Source: Lentisphaeria bacterium
GTDB taxonomy: Bacteria > Verrucomicrobiota > Lentisphaeria > JABSQK01 > JAWLHB01
DNA: 64,000 nucleotides
Direction: 5' to 3'
Assembly: GCA_041690595.1 (NCBI GenBank)
Contig: JAWLHB010000044.1
Coordinates: forward strand, 1 to 64,000
Shown here: piece after piece, positions 56,852-64,000 of the stretch
How the letters are laid out: every line of letters starts with the position of its first letter
Numbering within the stretch: position 1 is the first letter of the stretch
Notes under the pieces: model-generated
What the model was told of the DNA's origin: nothing
Database searches by the model: none
Seen by the model: the letters and a program-made list of their open reading frames with translations, nothing else
Made by a program: the position numbers and the translations under genes

Positions 56852-57889
56852 ATGACCACCCTCAAAGATATCGCCCGGCTCACCGGCGTCTCCGTCAACA
56901 CCGTTTCCCGCGCCCTGCGGGACATGCCCGATATCGGCGATGCGACGAAGGAACGCATCCGCCGCGTCGCCGACACCCTCGACTATACCCCCAACGCCAT
57001 CGCCCGCGGCCTCGTCCTCAAGCGCACCTTCGTGATAGGCGCGCTGGTCACGGAACTTGGCAACCCATCCCGAAGCATGCTCATCCGCGAGCTGCGCCGC
57101 CTCCTCGGCAAGCAGGGTTACCAGCTCCTCATCGAGAGTTACGACACCGGCGACGAAGTCTCCGAGCGGCTCCGTACCATGACCTCCCGCGGGGTGGACG
57201 GACTTCTCATCGGCAACATCGACGGCATCCTCGCCGAGCAGGAGTATTGGCCCGACCTCCAGTCCATCCTCCAGTCCGGCATTCCCGTCGTCGTCTTTTT
57301 CCACGCCATCACCACCAAGGTCGACAACATCGTCTGCGACTATGCCGACATCGCCGCGCAACTCACCCGACACCTGATCGAGACTCACGGTCTGCGCGGA
57401 ATCGTCTATACCGGCGAGAACGCCACCTGCTCCCGCGCCATGGGTTATCGGCGGGCAATGGAGGGCGCGGGCCTCGAAGCGCAGATCGGCTTCATCCCGC
57501 TCCCCTACTGGAGCATGCGGGAAACCCGTGACGCCATGGTCGCTTACCTCCATGATCACCCTGCTCCCGAAGCCATCGTCTGCCACAACGATCTCACCGC
57601 CATGGGCATCATGGCCGGTCTCCGCAAGGTCGGGCTGAAGGTCCCCGATGATATCGCCATCGTCGGCACCGACAATATCGAGATGGCCGAGATCGTCAAC
57701 CCCACCCTGACCACCGCCGGGTTCGACCCCAACCTCATGGCCCACAAGATCTTCACCCTGCTCACCGACCGGATCGAGCACGAAAAGAGCTCCAGAACCG
57801 CCCAACAGGTCAACCTCGACTTCAACATCTTTCTCCGCGAATCCTGCGGCTGCTCCGGCGACTATAGCCCCAAACCACCCCGCACCTGA
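56852..57889 (+). CDS. LacI-family transcriptional regulator
   Basis: MTTLKDIARLTGVSVNTVSRAL; YTPNAIARGL; AIVCHNDLTAMG; KVPDDIAIVGTDN. Confidence 0.95.
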   Translation: MTTLKDIARLTGVSVNTVSRALRDMPDIGDATKERIRRVADTLDYTPNAIARGLVLKRTFVIGALVTELGNPSRSMLIRELRRLLGKQGYQLLIESYDTGDEVSERLRTMTSRGVDGLLIGNIDGILAEQEYWPDLQSILQSGIPVVVFFHAITTKVDNIVCDYADIAAQLTRHLIETHGLRGIVYTGENATCSRAMGYRRAMEGAGLEAQIGFIPLPYWSMRETRDAMVAYLHDHPAPEAIVCHNDLTAMGIMAGLRKVGLKVPDDIAIVGTDNIEMAEIVNPTLTTAGFDPNLMAHKIFTLLTDRIEHEKSSRTAQQVNLDFNIFLRESCGCSGDYSPKPPRT

Positions 57890-57937
57890 TCCCCCTCGCA
57901 AACCTTTTCTGCCTATACCCTGCACAACCAAGGAGAC

Positions 57938-60900
57938 ATGATCATGATTCACAAGCTCGGCTTTGTCCTTGCCACGCTCTTTCTCGTCTGCCACCTGCTC
58001 CCCCCATTCGCGTCGGCGCAGGATCTCGTCCTCGCACAGGATGGCGAGGCGCGAGCGGTCATTGTACACAATGGCCACACCACCGCGGCCCCCGGCCTGC
58101 CGAGCCGCCACGTGCAGTTGGGCCAGATCAAGCCGCCGGCGGAGGAGCTCGCCCACTATCTGAACCTCATGACCGGCGCCACCTTCCCCATCGTCGCCTC
58201 ACCCGATGAAGTCGGCGACCGTGCCGCCATCATCCTCGACATCGTCGACCAGCTCCCCGGCGCCAGCGACCGCGAGAGCCGCCACCAGGCCTACCGCATC
58301 ACCACCGCCCCCAACCGCCTCACCCTCACAGCGGCCTCTCCCCTGGCCCTGCACTATGCCGTTTACGGCCTTCTGGAAGATCACCTCGGCTGCGGATTCT
58401 ACACCTTCTCCCTCAAAGGGCTGCACTACAATGGTCCAGCCCATGAAGTCGTCCCCGATCGCCCTACGCTTCAGCTCCCCCCGATCGACGAGCTGCGCGA
58501 ACCGGCCATCCCCAACCGCGGCATCGTCTATTGGGTGGGAAGCGATCCATGGGTCCTCAAGAACCGAGGCGGCGGCGCCCGCGGAGCAGGACCCGGCATG
58601 GCCGTCAACGCCAACCACAACCTCTATCACCTCATCCCCCCGCGCGACAGTGGCCCGGTCAAGGGTCTCTTCGCCGAGCACCCCGAATTCTACCCCCTCA
58701 CCAGCGAAGGCAAGCGCCAGCCCGACTGGGCGATGGGCATTTGCGGCACCAATCCCGACCTGCCCCGCTTCCTCGCTATCGGCCTCGAGCGCGAGATCGA
58801 GAAACGCCAGGCGCGCGGCGATATCGACTGGTCCCAGCTCTTCTCGGCCGCCCAAGGCGACGGCTTCACCGGCTGCCTCTGCGAACCCTGCCGGACCCTC
58901 GTCCATGAGGAGAAGTCCGAAGCCGCCCCCCTGATCCTCGCCCTCAATCGCACCCTCGACATCATCAACGAAAGCTATCCCCAACTGAGGCTCATCACCT
59001 TCGCCTACTTCCAGACCCTCAGCGTCCCTCAGACCCTCAAGCCCCACCCCAACCTCTGGATCAACGTCGTCTCCAGCTCCCTCAGCCAGAATGCCGCCGG
59101 CGATCAGGTCGGCCCCATCGATGGCAATCCCGCCAACCGCGACTACGCCAGGGCCATCCGCGAATGGCCGCAAGTCACCCCCGGTCGCGTAGCCGTCTGG
59201 CACTGGGACACCTATCGCCCCGAGTGGCCCTCCATCTTCCATGTCGCCGGGAACGTCCGGTACATGCATGAGCAGGGCGTCTTTGCCGCCAATCCCCAGT
59301 TCTGCGGCGGCCCGTGGACCGACCTGCTCGCCTGGCTTTACCTCAAAATGACCTGGAACCCCGATGCCAACGCGGAGGCGCTGGTCCAGCGCTTTCTCGA
59401 TGACAATTACGGCCCCGAGGCCGGTCGCCACGTCTGGGAGTATCTCAAGCTCGGCCAGAAAGCCTACGAGGAATCCCTCCACGTCCCCAGCGCCGTACGC
59501 TGGAGCGGCTGGACCCCCATCCTTCGCGCCAAACTCTTCTCCCCTTCCATCCTCAACGACATGATCAGCCAGATGGACATGGCCATCGCCGCGGCAGAAC
59601 AATCCGGCAACCCCGCCTGGCTGAACAATCTGCGGGCCGCCCGCGGCCGCTCCCTCGATGTCCTCGTACTCGACGGGATCACCAATGGCGCCCCCGCCTG
59701 GGGTACCGTGGCCCATAACGGCGACATGTGGTTCGTGCCCGCCGCCGATCCGCGCATTCCCCCACTCCTCACCAGGGCCAAGTTCGGCATCTTCGAGGAA
59801 GGCGGCGGCGAGCCCGGCGTCCTTCGCTCCACCTTCAGCTTTGCCGCCAATCATGGCGGTCCCATCGTACGACTCGACAACGACGCCGTGACGGCCGACA
59901 TCTGCCCCGACCTCAAGGGCAGCATCGTCAACGGCACCGTCCGCCTCGGCGGCCAGGAGCGCCAGCTGCTGGCAGGCGACGACGCCGGCCAGGGCTACAA
60001 GGACATCCTGCCCGGCCTCCACGCCGAAATCTGGCTCCCACCCGGCATGGCCGACAATCTCGCTCGCCGCACCAACGACGACTGGACCCATCTCTGGAGC
60101 GCCTGGGAGCCCCCCTCCTCCACCCTCCTGGAAACGGAAACTGTCCTCTCCCCCATCTTCTACGGCTTCGACGCCAGCCGCCGCCTCCGCCGACAGGTGG
60201 AACTAACCGACAATGGCCTTCGCATCGAGCGCCAGTACACCGGCAAGCTCGACAAACCGGAACGCTTCACCGCGCGCTGGCGCTTCGTCCTCCCCGCCCC
60301 CAACCAGGCCAAAGTCTCCGTCAAAGGCGGCGGCATCGACCGCATGCTCGATCTGCGCCACGCCGTGCCCGGCGGCATTCGCGGCGTCAAAGCCGGCGAC
60401 CGCATGCCCGCCGCCGACAACATGGACGAGCGCTTCGACACCGTCATTGCCATCTCCGATGCCGAGGTCACCCGCCTCGACGTCAAGAGCGACGCCAACG
60501 AGACGATCGCCATCAAGCTCGACCGCGGCGATGGTCTCGCCGTTGTCCTGACCACGACCAGCGCCGGCTGGGAATCGGTCGAAATCAAGCCCGTCGTCGA
60601 CCGGCAGTACCTCGAAATCACCCTCGTCGGCGCGAAGTCGGTCGGCGCGGCGACCGTTGCCGAAGAGCTTGCGTTGCCTCCTCAGGAACTCTCGGCTGTC
60701 GTCGTTCCCGCCTTGCCCGCCGAAGAGAGCGTCCCAGCGGCCACCGCCGTCCAGTCCGTGGTGCAGCCCCGAGTGCGCATCACCGGGCCCACGACCGCCG
60801 TCAACGAGATCGACGGTGCCGAGCTCGTCTGGATCCCCGCCGGCTCCTTCCTCCGCGGCAGCCCCGCGGGGACCGGCGGCGGTGACGAGCAACCCCAGCG

Positions 60901-61543
60901 CCCCATCCGCCTCGATGGCTATTGGATCTACAAGTACCCCGTCACCCTCGACCAGTATCTTGCCTTCTGCAAGGCCACCGACCGCCCCTTCAACCCGACC
61001 TGGGGCCAGGGCATGCATGCGGCTCCCGCTGGCGAAGCCGGTGCCCACGCCGCCCAGGGTGACTGGTACGAAGCCAATGCCTATGCCGGTTGGGCCGGTG
61101 CGGCCCTGCCGACGGAAGCCCAGTGGGAAAAAGCCGCCCGCGGCGAAGACGGTCGCGACTATCCTTGGGGCAACGACTGGAATGCCGACAACTGTGTCTC
61201 CATGGAGAACACCATCTACGCCTTCACCACCGGCTTCCGCCCCGTCGGCACCTATCCCGATGGAGCCAGCCCCTACGGCGTCATGGATATGGCCGGCAAC
61301 GTCTGGGAATGGGTCCGCGACTGGTACGCCTACGACTACTATCAGGCCGCTCCAGAGCAGAATCCAACTGGACCCGAGGTCGGCACGCACAAGGTCCTGC
61401 GTGGTGGCTGCAGTCTCTACGATGAACGCTTCAGCCGCACCGCCGCGCGCATGGTCATGCCGCCTCAGGTCCGCGACTGGACCGCCACCGGCTTCCGCTG
61501 CGTCGTCATAGCCCCAGCCCCTCCAGCCGCGGTCCAACCCTGA
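57938..61543 (+). CDS. Secreted DUF4838-type glycoside-hydrolase-like protein fused to a C-terminal FGE-sulfatase (SUMF1-like) domain
   Basis: AEELAHYL...[11 protein letters not shown]-domain; [17 protein letters not shown]-terminal [36 protein letters not shown]. Confidence 0.8.
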   Translation: MIMIHKLGFVLATLFLVCHLLPPFASAQDLVLAQDGEARAVIVHNGHTTAAPGLPSRHVQLGQIKPPAEELAHYLNLMTGATFPIVASPDEVGDRAAIILDIVDQLPGASDRESRHQAYRITTAPNRLTLTAASPLALHYAVYGLLEDHLGCGFYTFSLKGLHYNGPAHEVVPDRPTLQLPPIDELREPAIPNRGIVYWVGSDPWVLKNRGGGARGAGPGMAVNANHNLYHLIPPRDSGPVKGLFAEHPEFYPLTSEGKRQPDWAMGICGTNPDLPRFLAIGLEREIEKRQARGDIDWSQLFSAAQGDGFTGCLCEPCRTLVHEEKSEAAPLILALNRTLDIINESYPQLRLITFAYFQTLSVPQTLKPHPNLWINVVSSSLSQNAAGDQVGPIDGNPANRDYARAIREWPQVTPGRVAVWHWDTYRPEWPSIFHVAGNVRYMHEQGVFAANPQFCGGPWTDLLAWLYLKMTWNPDANAEALVQRFLDDNYGPEAGRHVWEYLKLGQKAYEESLHVPSAVRWSGWTPILRAKLFSPSILNDMISQMDMAIAAAEQSGNPAWLNNLRAARGRSLDVLVLDGITNGAPAWGTVAHNGDMWFVPAADPRIPPLLTRAKFGIFEEGGGEPGVLRSTFSFAANHGGPIVRLDNDAVTADICPDLKGSIVNGTVRLGGQERQLLAGDDAGQGYKDILPGLHAEIWLPPGMADNLARRTNDDWTHLWSAWEPPSSTLLETETVLSPIFYGFDASRRLRRQVELTDNGLRIERQYTGKLDKPERFTARWRFVLPAPNQAKVSVKGGGIDRMLDLRHAVPGGIRGVKAGDRMPAADNMDERFDTVIAISDAEVTRLDVKSDANETIAIKLDRGDGLAVVLTTTSAGWESVEIKPVVDRQYLEITLVGAKSVGAATVAEELALPPQELSAVVVPALPAEESVPAATAVQSVVQPRVRITGPTTAVNEIDGAELVWIPAGSFLRGSPAGTGGGDEQPQRPIRLDGYWIYKYPVTLDQYLAFCKATDRPFNPTWGQGMHAAPAGEAGAHAAQGDWYEANAYAGWAGAALPTEAQWEKAARGEDGRDYPWGNDWNADNCVSMENTIYAFTTGFRPVGTYPDGASPYGVMDMAGNVWEWVRDWYAYDYYQAAPEQNPTGPEVGTHKVLRGGCSLYDERFSRTAARMVMPPQVRDWTATGFRCVVIAPAPPAAVQP

Positions 61544-61545
61544 AG

Positions 61546-62907
61546 ATGCACAACCAGAACCCGACCCGATCGCCCATCGGCTTGACCCTGATCCCACCCT
61601 CGCCAGTGACGGATAAGATCACGCTGGACATCCGTGCCGGGCTGCGGAATCGAGAGGCGGCCCCTCGCCCCTTCGAGGTCGCCATCTATCTGGATGAGGA
61701 AAACCCGGCACATCGCCTGCATTATGTGCGCCTGGAGGTGGCCGGGCTGACGGCCGCCTGTGTCAAGCTTCGCTGGCCGACAGCCGCTCACGCCGGCGAG
61801 CATACGATCATTCTGGTAGTCGCCAGCGGAGCGGAAAGGTGGCGGACTCATCAGCCGCTGACCATCCTGCCCTCCGCCACTCGGTCGCCGCAGCGTCTCG
61901 GCGGCGCCTGGGCCGGTATCCGCCACTGGAGCGATACCGAAGGTCACTACTGGAACCGCGACATCTCGCGCATGACCGACGATCACTGGCGCCAGCTGGT
62001 CCGCGGCATGCACGAGGTCGGCCTTGACGTCATCAACATCCAGGAGATCTTCCGCCACGAGCAGTATGCCGGCAGGCATGCCATCGAGAAGGAGGGTTAC
62101 CAGGGGCAGGCCTTCTACCCGTCTGCCCTCTACCCGGGACGCATGCCCATTGCCGCCTCCGATCCGCTGGAAGCCATCTTCGACGAAGCCGACACCCTCC
62201 GCATGCACGTCCTCCCCGGCATCGGCCTCTACGCTTGGTTCGACTACAGCCCCGCCTCGCTGCAATGGCATCTCGAGATCGCCGACGAGATCTGGGAACG
62301 CTATGGTCACCACCCCTCCTTCTACGGCTGGAAGATCAGCGAGGAAGGGCATGGAAGCCTCGGCTCCAGAAGCTGGGAGCCCGGCCCTCTCCTCGACCAG
62401 GATCGCCTCGATCTCGTCGACTTCTTCCGCCGCTTCGGCGACCACGTGCGCCAACTCGCCCCCGACAAGCCCGTCATGGTGGCCCGCAGCACCCACGGCA
62501 TGCGCGGCGCCGAAGCGGCCTACCGGCAGCTCCTCCACCACCTCGACATCCTCTGTTCCTTCTGCTTTCACCGCATGCCCCCCGACGACATGACTGGCGA
62601 AGCGGCCGCCGACATGCTCCAGTCCCTGTGTGATGAAGCCGGCGCCCACCTCTGGATGAATATGGAGCTCTTCCTCTTCGAAAACGGCGGCGACACCGGC
62701 AGCCCCCTCATCCCCCGCCCCATAGACCAAGTCAGGAATGACCTCCTGCGCTTCCCCAATTTCGAGAAGATCCTCTGTTACCAGTACCCCGGCCTGATGA
62801 CCCACCCCCATGCCGACATCCGGCTCGGCGGTGATGCCGCGGTCAAGCTCTACAACGACTATCGCGCCTTTCTCACTGAGACGACCAACAGGAAGCAAGA
62901 TCCATGA
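61546..62907 (+). CDS. DUF4434/DUF5109-like TIM-barrel glycoside hydrolase
   Basis: WRQLVRGMHEVGLD, DPLEAIFDEAD...GIG, RYGHHPSFYGWKISEE, HLWMNMELF. Confidence 0.75.
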   Translation: MHNQNPTRSPIGLTLIPPSPVTDKITLDIRAGLRNREAAPRPFEVAIYLDEENPAHRLHYVRLEVAGLTAACVKLRWPTAAHAGEHTIILVVASGAERWRTHQPLTILPSATRSPQRLGGAWAGIRHWSDTEGHYWNRDISRMTDDHWRQLVRGMHEVGLDVINIQEIFRHEQYAGRHAIEKEGYQGQAFYPSALYPGRMPIAASDPLEAIFDEADTLRMHVLPGIGLYAWFDYSPASLQWHLEIADEIWERYGHHPSFYGWKISEEGHGSLGSRSWEPGPLLDQDRLDLVDFFRRFGDHVRQLAPDKPVMVARSTHGMRGAEAAYRQLLHHLDILCSFCFHRMPPDDMTGEAAADMLQSLCDEAGAHLWMNMELFLFENGGDTGSPLIPRPIDQVRNDLLRFPNFEKILCYQYPGLMTHPHADIRLGGDAAVKLYNDYRAFLTETTNRKQDP

Positions 62908-64000
62908 CCGCCTACCCGCACTTCACCAGACGCCTCACCCATGATCTGAACCGCCTCTGGGATTTTGTCTTCCTTCCGGAGAGCCGGCTCGACAAGCTAG
63001 CTCCCGAGGCGCTGGCCTACACCGACCGGCTGCCCGTTCCCTCGGCCTTCGACGCCCTTCCAGCCTACGCCGGCAAGCGCGGAATCGGCGTCTACCGCAC
63101 CGCTGTCGAGGTCACCCCCGACACCCCTTCCGTGCTGAAGATCGGCGCCGCCGGCATGACCGTCAAGGTCTACATCGACGGCGTGGCCACAGCCTCTCAT
63201 ATCGGCAGCTACACCCCCTTCGAGGTCCTCCTGCCGGCCGCGCCACACTCCCGCCGCGAGATCGTGGTGGCTACGGAAAATCGCTTCGACTACAAGCGCA
63301 ATCCCCTGCAGGAGAACTTCTTCGACTTCTACAACTATGGCGGCATTTTCCGGCCGGTATGCCTGGAAGAACTGCCTGAACACCCCCTGCGACAGGCCTT
63401 TGTCACGGTCGATGACCTTCAGGCCGGCCGTATCCGCGTCGTCGTCGACCTCGATGGAGCAGGCACCGGCCTGACCTGCCGCATCGACGATGGCGACCCC
63501 CAGGCGGTCCATTGCACCACCCTGCCCGACCATCGCCTCGAATTTCACACCGTCGTGCCGAACCCCACGCTCTGGTCGCCCGCGACGCCAAATCTGCATA
63601 CCCTGACGCTCGACACCGGCAGCGACGCGATGACTGTCCGCTTCGGCCTTCGCGAGGTGCGTACGGAAAATGGCCGCGTCCTCCTCAACGGCGAACCCGT
63701 CAAGCTGCTCGGCTACTGCCGCCATGAAGCCCACCCCCAGTTCGGTCCCGCCACCCCCGTCTCCCTGATGGCCGCCGACCTGCAGCAGATGCGCGACCAG
63801 GGCTGCAACTTCGTTCGCGGCTCCCACTACCAGCAGGATGCGCGCTTCCTCGACCTCTGCGACGAGCTGGGCTTCCTCGTCTTCTCCGAAAGCCTCGCCT
63901 GGGGACAGCACCAGAAGCAGCTCGCCGATCCCGCCTTTATCGAGGCTCAGCTCGACCAGACGCGTGTCATGGTCCAGACCGACTTCAATCATCCCTCCAT
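62904..64000 (+). CDS. Glycoside hydrolase family 2 (beta-glucuronidase/galactosidase), truncated by the window end
   Basis: ATGA overlap at 62904; MTAYPHFTRRLTHDLNRLWDF; DFYNYGGIFRPV, LNGEPVKLLGYCRHE, GCNFVRGSHY, DLCDELG, DFNHPS. Absent from the ORF track because no stop lies in the window. Confidence 0.92.
   Translation, partial: MTAYPHFTRRLTHDLNRLWDFVFLPESRLDKLAPEALAYTDRLPVPSAFDALPAYAGKRGIGVYRTAVEVTPDTPSVLKIGAAGMTVKVYIDGVATASHIGSYTPFEVLLPAAPHSRREIVVATENRFDYKRNPLQENFFDFYNYGGIFRPVCLEELPEHPLRQAFVTVDDLQAGRIRVVVDLDGAGTGLTCRIDDGDPQAVHCTTLPDHRLEFHTVVPNPTLWSPATPNLHTLTLDTGSDAMTVRFGLREVRTENGRVLLNGEPVKLLGYCRHEAHPQFGPATPVSLMAADLQQMRDQGCNFVRGSHYQQDARFLDLCDELGFLVFSESLAWGQHQKQLADPAFIEAQLDQTRVMVQTDFNHPS

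Noticed and set aside
61400..61543. Diversity-generating retroelement target (FGE/CLec domain ending in GFRC)
   Set aside because: No template repeat copy and no reverse transcriptase found in the window.

Overview
GC-rich bacterial DNA that reads like a PVC-superphylum anaerobe (Lentisphaerae/Kiritimatiellae/Phycisphaerae-like; inferred from the [16 protein letters not shown]...H-X9-DG pilin-like genes and giant glycan enzymes). Layout: (1-0.35 kb) start of a probable IS630-like transposase plus REP-like repeats; (0.36-5.4 kb) operon of cNMP-binding membrane protein, GspG-like small protein and aldo/keto reductase, divergent from a degenerate histidine-kinase-like gene; (5.3-11 kb) surface-glycosylation genes (GT2, GT-C-like, GT4, conserved hypothetical, transaldolase); (11-15 kb) ADP-forming acyl-CoA synthetase and CoA-transferase-GNAT; (15-64 kb) a large carbohydrate-utilisation region with GntR/LacI regulators, two H-X9-DG prepilin-like genes, three GH42-like paralogues, GH110-like, GH39-like, heparinase II/III-like, DUF4838-FGE, DUF4434-like and GH2 genes, but no recognisable transporter. 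Two best candidates for an undescribed system: (a) two secreted repeat proteins with unrelated N-termini (Calx-beta; 10x 86-aa repeats) about 33 kb apart that share a homologous, internally duplicated ~370-aa C-terminal domain, a candidate surface anchoring/sorting module; (b) regulator-pilin-glycanase loci in which a variable-tip pilin sits where SusC/D or ABC transporters would be expected. No rRNA, tRNA, CRISPR or reverse transcriptase was seen. All family calls come from motif reading by eye; no searches were run.
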